Under the pieces are notes generated by a model. That model ran no database searches and had not been told where the DNA came from. It worked only from the letters and a program-made list of their open reading frames with translations. The translations under genes and the position numbers were made by a program. Shown here piece after piece: positions 9,006 through 17,341 of a stretch of DNA of 64,000 bases. The first letter of the stretch is position 1. Each line of letters opens with the position of its first letter. The DNA lies in the NCBI GenBank assembly GCA_039818205.1, contig JBCBUK010000002.1, positions 256,001 to 320,000 on the forward strand. The letters run 5' to 3'. This DNA comes from Verrucomicrobiota bacterium. Lineage in GTDB: Bacteria; Verrucomicrobiota; Verrucomicrobiia; Opitutales; Cerasicoccaceae.

Positions 9006-9995
9006 TTAGTTGCCGTGGTAGCGGTCCACTTGTGACTCGACGAGGCGTCGAACCATTTCCTCGAATCGAACGGTGTTCTCCCAGCCGAGTAGACGGCGGG
9101 CCTTCGAAGGATTGCCGCAAGGCGCGTAAGGTTCAACCGTTGTCACCAGGTCGGGATCATGCTTTACAAAGTCGCGCCAGTTCAAGTCCAAGCAATCAAA
9201 GGCGGTTGCGACGAGCGTCTCGACCGAGTGGAGTTTGCCGGTCGCGAGGATGAAGTCATCGACCGGGTCTGATTGAAGAATCGACCACATGCCGTTGACG
9301 TAGTCCGGAGCCCATCCCCAGTCGCGCTGCCCTTTGAGGCTGCCGAGCTGAAGGTCTTTCTGCTGGCCCAGTTTGATCCGAGCGGCTGCGCGAGCGATCT
9401 TCATGGTGACAAAGGTGTCACGCCGGCGGGGAGACTCGTGGTTGTAAAGGATCGCGGAGCAAGTCGGCAGACCATATGCCGTGCGATAAATGCGACCCAT
9501 TTCCTGGGAAAACGCTTTCGCAGCGCCGTAAGGCGTCGTCGGGTAGATCGGTGTCTGCTCGTCTTGAGGAGAGTGAGTGGGAGAGCCGAAGACTTCACTA
9601 CTCGAAGCGTAGAGGAAGCGCGGTGGCTCGTCCAGGTCGCGAATGATCTCCAAAAGGCGTAGGGTCGCCATGCCAACGCTCTCAACCGTGGTTTCCGGGA
9701 GCTCGAGGCTTAGGCGCGGGCTGGATTGGCCAGCAAGGTGGTAAAACTCCGACGGTTGAGCTTTATTAATGATGCGGCGTAGGTGGGTCGCATCTTCGAA
9801 GGCTCCCGTATGGAGGAAAAGCTTCTTCTTAAAGATTGATTCATCGTCAACCAAATGACGGATGTTGCCACTCTGCAGTGACTCCGGACGATGGACTAGT
9901 CCATGGACCTCGTATCCCTTCTCCAGCAGCAGCTCACACAGGTAGGATCCGTCCTGACCAGTGATTCCGGTAATAAATGCTGCCTGCTTGCTCAT
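9006..9995 (-). CDS. gmd: GDP-mannose 4,6-dehydratase paralogue (divergent)
   Basis: [41 protein letters not shown] at 9995 (MSKQAAF) preferred because the longer ORF adds a non-homologous leader. Confidence 0.85.
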   Translation of the reverse strand: MSKQAAFITGITGQDGSYLCELLLEKGYEVHGLVHRPESLQSGNIRHLVDDESIFKKKLFLHTGAFEDATHLRRIINKAQPSEFYHLAGQSSPRLSLELPETTVESVGMATLRLLEIIRDLDEPPRFLYASSSEVFGSPTHSPQDEQTPIYPTTPYGAAKAFSQEMGRIYRTAYGLPTCSAILYNHESPRRRDTFVTMKIARAAARIKLGQQKDLQLGSLKGQRDWGWAPDYVNGMWSILQSDPVDDFILATGKLHSVETLVATAFDCLDLNWRDFVKHDPDLVTTVEPYAPCGNPSKARRLLGWENTVRFEEMVRRLVESQVDRYHGN

Positions 9996-10153
9996 GTGCT
10001 TCGAAGTTTTTTCAAAAATAGGGGAGACGCTTCTGCAAAAGGCGAGTGTTATGATCAAGAGTTCGAGCCAATGCAAGCAATCCTTGCAGCTCTAACTACG
10101 GCTAAAATGGACTTGGCATTTTTGAGATTATGGTACAACTTCGGATCTCTAGC

Positions 10154-10915
10154 ATGAAAAACCCACAGTTTATTGCTCTTGGTGCCGGTATTGCTGCTAT
10201 CGCTGTTGCATTCATTTTTCTCCTCCCAGAGGGGGATGAATCGGCCCCTTCTGAAGGCGGTTCGGCGGAACATTCGACCAGCTCCCATTTAGAAAACGAG
10301 GAGGTTGCGGCTTCCGAGTGGATTGAGACTGAGGTAGAGCCGAAGTCGGAAGAGGCAGCGGACGCTAGCCTTGAAGACAAGGGCGAATTCATTGCGGCAA
10401 GCATTGATGGCCCAACGTCGCTTTCTCCTGCAATCCTCGATATGATCCAGCACGAGTATTACGGTATTGGTGACGTTCTTGATGTAATGCCATCCGAAGG
10501 ACCGGAACGTGTTGCAAACTTGATTGATGCTTATCGCGCCAGTGGTAATCGGCCGGGCCATTTTCAAGATGCGTTGATGAACGAGCTGTCCTATGAGGAC
10601 GAGGGCAATACCAATATTTATGCGCTCATGATCTCGGAATTGGTTAGTGGCGACCCGGAGGCTCGCCAGCGTTCCTATAACAATATCATGTATTATGAGG
10701 ATGAAGGCATCATCGAATACCTGGAAAAAGTGAAAATTCCGGATGGTGATTACGAGCTCGGTCAGATGTTGCATGAGCTGAAGGACTGGTTGAATACCCC
10801 AGGTTATTGGGAAGTTTATGGTGACAAGTACGCCAAAGCCAACGACGCAGAACGTCAGCAAATGTATAACGATTTGTTGAAGCAAGCGGAAGCAAACCGC
10901 ACCGATAAGCAGTAG
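10154..10915 (+). CDS. Hypothetical membrane-anchored acidic helical protein
   Basis: MKNPQF then TM, Glu/Ser-rich linker, helical C-terminal domain. Confidence 0.75.
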   Translation: MKNPQFIALGAGIAAIAVAFIFLLPEGDESAPSEGGSAEHSTSSHLENEEVAASEWIETEVEPKSEEAADASLEDKGEFIAASIDGPTSLSPAILDMIQHEYYGIGDVLDVMPSEGPERVANLIDAYRASGNRPGHFQDALMNELSYEDEGNTNIYALMISELVSGDPEARQRSYNNIMYYEDEGIIEYLEKVKIPDGDYELGQMLHELKDWLNTPGYWEVYGDKYAKANDAERQQMYNDLLKQAEANRTDKQ

Positions 10916-11125
10916 TTTTTTTGGTTAAGCACACGATTAATATATCGTCCTAATTTACAGCCGCCTATATGAATAATTCATTGAACCTCCGAAATTCGTA
11001 GCTCCTTATTCATAAATAATTTCCAATAAATAAACTTTACAGAAATTAATCTTAGGATAGCCTTTGACCAATTCCGAGCTTACCTCTTGGAATAGTTATT
11101 AACCAACAAAATAACCTACACGACG

Positions 11126-11986
11126 ATGAAACTGACTAAGTCGATTACCATCGCTCTCCTAGCAGGAGCGACATCTATCAGTGCGTTCGCCGCTGGTGGT
11201 AAGCACACCACCAACATTGCGACTCGCATTTTCGAAGACAACGGCCGTAACGGCTGGGTTGCAGTTCGCGCTACCCACCGTGACATCGCTCTCGCTTCTG
11301 CGTCAGCTCTTAACTTCTCTTTGAACAACAACGGCCGCCAGGCTCGCCTTGTTCTTTTTGAAGCACAGACTGGTGAGTTCACTTTCTTCTGCGTAGAAGA
11401 TGGTCCAGTTAACAACGCGACCTACTATGCCTTGGGCGGTACCTTCTCTCTCGACGCTGCCGGTGTCCCAGACGATACTGGACCTTATCCACGTCCGGAC
11501 GCACAAAACACTGACCCAGACATTCCGTTCGCTGGTAACATGAGTGTTTCCCTTGGAACCGAGGGCGAGTTCGTTGCTGGACCAGCAACTGGTAACGGTG
11601 TTGCTAACGAGCCAACTCGTGGTGGCCCTGGCTTGTTCACTCTTGGTAATACCAATTCTGGTGATCGTAATGTAACTGAAGGCATCTTCCAGTTCGATTT
11701 CACCCCATTCGGTAACATTGTTAGCGAAGAAGGTTTTATTTTCGGTGGTAATGTCTTCACCAATGGTCGCACCCTCCGTGTTGCTGGTTCCACAATCGTT
11801 ACTGCTTTCGGTGGCGCACGTGGCACTCGTCTTCCAGGTGTTCTGATCGACGTCAATGGCGCAACTCTTACCGGTTACCCAACTGAGTCGAACTTCACAA
11901 TGATTTCTCGTGCACTCACGGACGAAGATTTCAAGACCATCTACGACAACGCTACTTACAACAATCTCTTCGAGCTTCTTCCTTAA
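11126..11986 (+). CDS. Hypothetical secreted protein, likely highly expressed
   Basis: Sec signal peptide ending AFA; Gly/Asn/Thr/Phe-rich mature region; skewed codon use (GCT, GGT, CGT, TTC, AAC, ACT); own terminator. Confidence 0.88.
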   Translation: MKLTKSITIALLAGATSISAFAAGGKHTTNIATRIFEDNGRNGWVAVRATHRDIALASASALNFSLNNNGRQARLVLFEAQTGEFTFFCVEDGPVNNATYYALGGTFSLDAAGVPDDTGPYPRPDAQNTDPDIPFAGNMSVSLGTEGEFVAGPATGNGVANEPTRGGPGLFTLGNTNSGDRNVTEGIFQFDFTPFGNIVSEEGFIFGGNVFTNGRTLRVAGSTIVTAFGGARGTRLPGVLIDVNGATLTGYPTESNFTMISRALTDEDFKTIYDNATYNNLFELLP

Positions 11987-12020
11987 TCGAAGATTGTTGA
12001 AAGACGTTTAAGATTTCATG

Positions 12021-12050
12021 CCGGGACGCAAACGCGTCCCGGTTTTTTTT
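12021..12050 (+). terminator. Strong intrinsic terminator
   Basis: CCGGGACGC-AAAC-GCGTCCCGG followed by T8. Confidence 0.92.
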
Positions 12051-12116
12051 GTACGCATTTGCGAGCACGATCAGGTGTTGACGCCCCGGGTGTTGCGAGC
12101 CTGACTCTTCGGGATA

Positions 12117-13187
12117 ATGCTATATTACGACGCGACCAACAGTTTGCGTGCGAAGACGAAATCGGGTCTCCAGCGTGTGGCGCAGCGCCTTAGAGCCAGT
12201 TTGTCTCAGCAGATGCCGCTGGAGCCGGTGGTTTGGAGCAATCGCCAAGTCGGTTTTCTGGGCGCTGAGTCCAAACAGCGGATCTCATTTGGGGCGGGCG
12301 ATTGCCTCTTGGTCCCAGACTTGTTTTCGGAAGAGGATCGAGTTGGGTTCGGTGACTTTGTCAGCGGTTGCTCGGCATTTACCGTTGCGATATTTCATGA
12401 TGCTATCCCGCTCAAGTTCCCAGAGTTCACGTGGCCCCACTCAGTGCGGAAACATCCACGCTACATGAAAGACCTCGCCCGTTTTGACCGGGTGCTGGCG
12501 GTCTCCTCCCAAAGCCGAGATGAGCTCGTTGGCTATTGGCAGTGGACGGGCCTCGCTGACATGCCAAAGGCCGAGGTGGTCCCGTCTGGTGCCGACATAG
12601 ATGCCGATCGGCCGCGGAACCGGACGCCGCGCACGAACGTTGGTCGGCAGATTACTCAGATCGGTATTTTGGAGCCGCGAAAGAATCAGGTAGTTTCTCT
12701 GGCCGCAGCCCGCCTATTGAAGGCGCAGGGGGTCGATTTTGAGCTTGGTTTCATTGGCCGGGTTAACCCCCATTACGGAAAGCCGATCCAACAGGAGATC
12801 AAGCAAACGGCGAAAGCAGGTGTACCGGTGCGATACCATGGTCGGCTTTCGGATGCCGAGATGGCGGAGTTGATTAGTGCCACCCGATTGACGCTTTTGC
12901 CCTCTCGCGCCGAGGGTAATGGCCTGCCCGTATTGGAGTCGCTTTGGCAGGGCTTGCCGGTGATCTGTTCGCGTTTGCCGGTTGCGGTCGACTGGGCGAC
13001 GGGTGATGCGGTGCGCATCGTAGACCCGATGACTCCAGACGCACTGGCGGAGGCAATGCGCGAATGGCTCGAGGACGATGCTTCCTATCAGAAGGCGGTT
13101 CAAGCGGCATGCGCCATGGATTTGCCCACCTGGGAGGAATCTGCTACCGCGATTAAGGCCGTCGTCGAATGCGGCATCGCCGAATAA
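12117..13187 (+). CDS. Glycosyltransferase, GT4 (MtfB/WbaZ-like)
   Basis: SGLQRV, FHDAIPL, GILEPRKNQ, PSRAEGNGLPVLES (EX7E). Confidence 0.9.
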   Translation: MLYYDATNSLRAKTKSGLQRVAQRLRASLSQQMPLEPVVWSNRQVGFLGAESKQRISFGAGDCLLVPDLFSEEDRVGFGDFVSGCSAFTVAIFHDAIPLKFPEFTWPHSVRKHPRYMKDLARFDRVLAVSSQSRDELVGYWQWTGLADMPKAEVVPSGADIDADRPRNRTPRTNVGRQITQIGILEPRKNQVVSLAAARLLKAQGVDFELGFIGRVNPHYGKPIQQEIKQTAKAGVPVRYHGRLSDAEMAELISATRLTLLPSRAEGNGLPVLESLWQGLPVICSRLPVAVDWATGDAVRIVDPMTPDALAEAMREWLEDDASYQKAVQAACAMDLPTWEESATAIKAVVECGIAE

Positions 13188-13189
13188 GC

Positions 13190-14389
13190 TTAGATGCCGA
13201 CCTTCTTGGCGGCGTAGGCCATGGCTTCGGCGACGATCTCCAAGTCCTCCTCCGTATGGCGAGCCGACATGGAGGTGCGAATCAGGTCTTTGCCCGGAGG
13301 TACCGCTGGCGCAATCGACATGATCGAGAAAACGCCTTTTTCCAGGAGGGCTTGCCAGAAACGATAGGCCTTTTCCTTTTGCCCCATGATGATGGGCACA
13401 GCTGGGGTTTCCGATTCCCAGATGTCTAAGCCGAGTCCGCGGAGCAATTCCTTGTACCGCTTGGTGTTTTCCCAGAGTTGCTCATGGTGCTGGGGCTCGG
13501 TTTTCAAAATTTCGAGGGAGGCTGATGCTGCATAAGCCTGAGGGGGGCTTATGGCGGCAGAAAAGATGGTCTGCTTACTGTGCGTGCGCAGGTATTCGAT
13601 CACGTCTTTGGAGCCCGCGACAAAGCCGCCAGTGCTGCTCAACGACTTCGAAAAGCTGCCGGTGATAACATCGATTTCGTCTTCGAGGCCAAAATGCGCG
13701 GCGGTTCCGCGACCTCCGGGCCCAAGGACACCAAATCCATGAGCGTCGTCCATGACGTAAAAGCAGTTGTGCTCCCGACAAACGTCAACGATCTCAGGCA
13801 CGCGGCCAATATGGCCTTCCATGGAGTAAACGCCCTCAAATACAACGATTTTCGGCGTGTCGGGCTTCTCGAAGGAGAGCACTTCCTTGAGGTCGGTCGG
13901 ATTGTTGTGTGCGAATCGCTCGACCTGAGCCTGAGTCAGGCCGATGCCCGCCCAAAGTGACGAGTGCACATTCTTATCGACGACGATAATGTCGCCCTTC
14001 TGCGCAAAGGATTGAACCGACGACATGCAAGAAATGTAACCCGCGACGCTGATGTGGCAGGCTTCTTTGCCGATAAAGTCAGCGAACTTTTCCTCGAGTT
14101 CGATGTGGAACTTGCGGCTGCCGTTGGCCAGACGCGCACCGGTCGTGCTGCTGCCCCATTCCTTCAGACCCTTTCCGGCGGCTTCGACGACTTTGGGGTG
14201 ATTGCTCAGACCAAGGTAGTCATTGCTGCAAAGCATGACGTATTCCTTGCCGTCTCGGATCACACGGGAGCCTGCCTGACGCTCGAAGGTGTGGTAGTAG
14301 GGGTTGTAGCGCTTGCGCAACCGGGTTACTTCGTCGTCCTGGCAGCGTTTGACGATGGAATTCTTGGCTTTCGTGAAAATCGACAGCAT
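13190..14389 (-). CDS. PLP-dependent alpha-oxoamine synthase, serine palmitoyltransferase-like
   Basis: YNPYY, SNDYLGL, GSSTTGARLANGS, VHSS, EGVYSMEG, DDAHG, GSFSKS (PLP Lys), IFSAA, PAVP..DLIRTS. Family assignment is secure; Spt versus BioF/Kbl is inferred. Confidence 0.85.
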   Translation of the reverse strand: MLSIFTKAKNSIVKRCQDDEVTRLRKRYNPYYHTFERQAGSRVIRDGKEYVMLCSNDYLGLSNHPKVVEAAGKGLKEWGSSTTGARLANGSRKFHIELEEKFADFIGKEACHISVAGYISCMSSVQSFAQKGDIIVVDKNVHSSLWAGIGLTQAQVERFAHNNPTDLKEVLSFEKPDTPKIVVFEGVYSMEGHIGRVPEIVDVCREHNCFYVMDDAHGFGVLGPGGRGTAAHFGLEDEIDVITGSFSKSLSSTGGFVAGSKDVIEYLRTHSKQTIFSAAISPPQAYAASASLEILKTEPQHHEQLWENTKRYKELLRGLGLDIWESETPAVPIIMGQKEKAYRFWQALLEKGVFSIMSIAPAVPPGKDLIRTSMSARHTEEDLEIVAEAMAYAAKKVGI

Positions 14390-14554
14390 GAAACGTATAA
14401 AAGAAAAAAACCTAGTGGTTTTCTAGTCAGGTTAAAGTTAAAAGATTAGAGAATACTCCCCGTTTGCAAACATAGTCTGAGATTACTTTTGCTGTTTTGA
14501 GAACGCCGCGGATTAAAAAACGTTTCCATTTAGTCGGATTCTCCCAATTGTCCG

Positions 14555-15400
14555 ATGATGCCGGTTTGGTCGCGACTTGTCCCAGGAAAACAGTGGTCCC
14601 TCTTTGCAGGGAAGGTTTCGGGCATGCCAGCGAGCTTTGCGGACCTTCAAGAGCTGCGCCCTCCAGGGGATCGTTCCTGGGCTGACCCCTTTCCGATAAT
14701 TCGTGACGAGCGTTGTTGGATTTTCTTCGAAGAGGTCATCCACCACCCCAAAAAGGGGCGCCTCGCGGTAATGGAGCTGTTTGCTGATGGTTCGCTGGGA
14801 GCAATTGATGTCATTCTCGATAAACCATACCATCTTTCATACCCATTTGTTTTCGAATTCGATGGCGCCTGGTGGATGATTCCCGAGTCCCGACAAAATC
14901 GAACCGTGGACCTTTATCGCTGTGAGGAGTGGCCCGCAAAATGGGCCTACGAGAAAACGATCATCTCCGGCGAGGAGATTGTCGACGCAACCCTGTGGGA
15001 GCACGGGGGGTGCTGGTGGCTCTTTGGTGGGGTGCCGGAGCAAAAGGGGGGCAACGCCTCGGGTTTGTTGGATCTCTTTTGGGCGGATTCGCCGCTCTCG
15101 GATCAGTGGACGCCGCATCCTCAATGCCCAGTGATTGCGGGGAACGATTGCTCGCGGCCAGCGGGCAAAGTCTTTCGCCACGACGGCAAGTTGATTCGTC
15201 CAGCCCAGGATTGTTCGGTGCGCTACGGCTACGCGGTGAAAATGATGCAGATCGAGGAACTCACCCCCGATTGCTACCGAGAGACCGAAATCCAGACCTA
15301 CCTACCTGATTTTGCTCCGGGTCTCCGCGCCACTCACACCTTCAACCGCGCGGAAGACTGGCTCCTTGCCGACGGTGCCCGCCGCATCTGGCCGGGCTAG
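14555..15400 (+). CDS. GINT1 N-terminal-like five-bladed beta-propeller (GH43/GH32-type fold)
   Basis: WADPF, IFFEE, HLSYPFVF, WMIPES, VDATL, WTPHP, RPAG, RPAQDC..RYG repeats as in the N-terminal domain of glucosamine inositolphosphorylceramide transferase-family proteins. Confidence 0.75.
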   Translation: MMPVWSRLVPGKQWSLFAGKVSGMPASFADLQELRPPGDRSWADPFPIIRDERCWIFFEEVIHHPKKGRLAVMELFADGSLGAIDVILDKPYHLSYPFVFEFDGAWWMIPESRQNRTVDLYRCEEWPAKWAYEKTIISGEEIVDATLWEHGGCWWLFGGVPEQKGGNASGLLDLFWADSPLSDQWTPHPQCPVIAGNDCSRPAGKVFRHDGKLIRPAQDCSVRYGYAVKMMQIEELTPDCYRETEIQTYLPDFAPGLRATHTFNRAEDWLLADGARRIWPG

Positions 15401-16492
15401 TTAAATTGCGGTGCGACGCTTTTTGAGGAGGCGCTCGAAGAGGTCGAGGTAGCGGTCGGCGTTGTCGCCGGACTGGAATTTTTGCTGGGCAAATTGGCGG
15501 GCCCGCTGGCTCATATTGGCGCGGAGTCGCTGGTCGTCGACGAGTAGCCCAAGCTTGTCCCGGAACTCGTCGTCGTCGTTGAGCGGGACCGCGTAGCCGC
15601 TGAGGTCCGGCAGAAAGCACTCACGGACGCCTCCCGTACAATAAGCGACCACCGGAAGCGCGCACCATTGAGCTTCGACTAGGGCATTGGGCTGAGACTC
15701 TTTCTGCGAAGCGAAAACGGCGAGGTCTGCCGCACAAAGGAGTGGGAAGGGATCGGGGACGTTTCCGAAAAAGGTCACGTGATTTTCTAGGCCAAGTTCG
15801 CGGCAGGTGGACTCGCATTCACGGCGGGTGGGGCCATCGCCAGCTAGCCAGAGGCGCCAATTTTCGCTGGGGCGATAGGCGCCAAGGGCTTTGATGAGCT
15901 CGGCATGCCCTTTACCCGGCCGGAACGTGGCGACTTTGATGAAAATATTGGCGTCGCCAACCTCATGTTCGTCCCGGGTTTGTTCGCGAAGCTCGGCGCG
16001 TTTAGACCAGTCCCAGTTGCGGCCAACGGCGTTTGGGGCAACGAGCACACGGTCATGCGCGACACCGATTTCCTTAGCCCGCTCGGCGGTCCACTGCGCA
16101 TTGCAAACGACGGCGTCGTCGACACATAAACTTTTCTCGTAGGGGGGCGGGATAGCATTCCCCGTCCGCAGCGTGCCGACGATAACGGATTCCGGTGTGC
16201 GTTGTTTCAGGCGCATACCACGGCTGTTGGCAACCTTGCCCATCAGCAAAATAATGTCCGGTTTCTCGTTGCGTAGTGTCGTGGTTAGCCCCGGTGTCCA
16301 GATGTTGAGGTGGGTATCGACCGGCTGGAGCTCAATACGTCTGGCTTTGAGTCCTCCGCTGAGCGGACCGCCCGGGCGGAAGGTCACGACAAAGCAGTCA
16401 TGCCCCGCCGCCGCAAATCGGTTCGCCAAATGAACCGTATGTTTTTCAGTCCCGCCGGTGCGCAACCAATCCTGGAGAATCGCAATTTTCAC
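15401..16492 (-). CDS. Glycosyltransferase, GT4
   Basis: GGTEKH, FRPGKGH, SQKESQPNALVEA. Confidence 0.9.
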   Translation of the reverse strand: MKIAILQDWLRTGGTEKHTVHLANRFAAAGHDCFVVTFRPGGPLSGGLKARRIELQPVDTHLNIWTPGLTTTLRNEKPDIILLMGKVANSRGMRLKQRTPESVIVGTLRTGNAIPPPYEKSLCVDDAVVCNAQWTAERAKEIGVAHDRVLVAPNAVGRNWDWSKRAELREQTRDEHEVGDANIFIKVATFRPGKGHAELIKALGAYRPSENWRLWLAGDGPTRRECESTCRELGLENHVTFFGNVPDPFPLLCAADLAVFASQKESQPNALVEAQWCALPVVAYCTGGVRECFLPDLSGYAVPLNDDDEFRDKLGLLVDDQRLRANMSQRARQFAQQKFQSGDNADRYLDLFERLLKKRRTAI

Positions 16493-17298
16493 AGCTTGTA
16501 GTAAGCTCGCATCACGCGTTCGGTCAGGTTCCAGGTGCTGAGTCGGATTAGCAACGGAGCAATCGTTGCTTGAAAGAGGTCGCCACTAATCACGCTATCG
16601 CTTTTGCCCTTTGCGAGCGCTTTGCGCAGGTCGCGGGCGGCGCGATCGGGAGTCGGAGCCGCATTGAGATTCTTATCAACGCTTTCCCAGGCTTGAAGGA
16701 GGCGCCCGTCGAGGTCGGCGGGGCGTTTCGAGGCATTGTTGAACCCAGTTTTGTAGTCACCCGGTTGAAAATCTATCACCGCTACGCCGCTACCAGCGCA
16801 TTCGGTTTGCAAGCTGCGTGTAAAATTGGAGAGCCCCGCTTTTGCGGCATTATAGAGACTGAAGTAGGGCAGGGGAAACTCGCGAGCGAGCGATGCGACA
16901 TTCACGATGACACCGCTGCCGCGGGCAAGCATATGCGGGTAAAACTGGTGGCATAACGCGATCGGGCCATGTAAGAGCACCCGTAGCTGCTGGCCGATAT
17001 CGCCCGGGTCTATATCCTCAAATGCGCCAAAAACGCCGTTGCCCGCATTGTTTACCAGAATATCAAGTTCCTGGAAAAGTGGGCCCATACCGCGGGAAAA
17101 TGCTTCCATGCTGCGCCCATCGCCAAGATCCAGCGCGACGGGGTGCAGGTTTTCGTGCTCCGGTAGGCGGGTTCCATCACGGCTCGTTGCCCAGACCTCG
17201 ACTCCCTCCGCCAATAGCATTTCGGCAAACGCACGGCCCAGGCCTGAGCTCGCGCCCGTGACCAGTGCACTCTTATAGCGTTGTGACAAAGGTTGCAT
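16489..17298 (-). CDS. Classical SDR oxidoreductase (candidate 3-ketosphinganine reductase)
   Basis: TGASSGLG, LVNNAG, catalytic YNAAK, PGDYKTGF; ATG at 17298 avoids overlap with the divergent gene; 4-nt overlap with the downstream GT. Confidence 0.85.
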   Translation of the reverse strand: MQPLSQRYKSALVTGASSGLGRAFAEMLLAEGVEVWATSRDGTRLPEHENLHPVALDLGDGRSMEAFSRGMGPLFQELDILVNNAGNGVFGAFEDIDPGDIGQQLRVLLHGPIALCHQFYPHMLARGSGVIVNVASLAREFPLPYFSLYNAAKAGLSNFTRSLQTECAGSGVAVIDFQPGDYKTGFNNASKRPADLDGRLLQAWESVDKNLNAAPTPDRAARDLRKALAKGKSDSVISGDLFQATIAPLLIRLSTWNLTERVMRAYYKL

Positions 17299-17341
17299 AA
17301 ACGGGGGATGCTCCCCTAAGTTCCGCGACTGGTCAATCGTG

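Noticed and set aside
10289..10885. 198-aa minus-strand ORF
   Set aside because: Shadow of 10154..10915, which has a sensible TM-linker-domain layout
10916..10922. T tract after the 10915 stop as a phase-variation site or terminator
   Set aside because: Short, intergenic and without a convincing preceding hairpin
13190..14389. Calling this gene bioF or kbl
   Set aside because: No biotin or threonine-catabolism neighbours and the motifs look closer to Spt; not fully excluded, so no gene symbol was given
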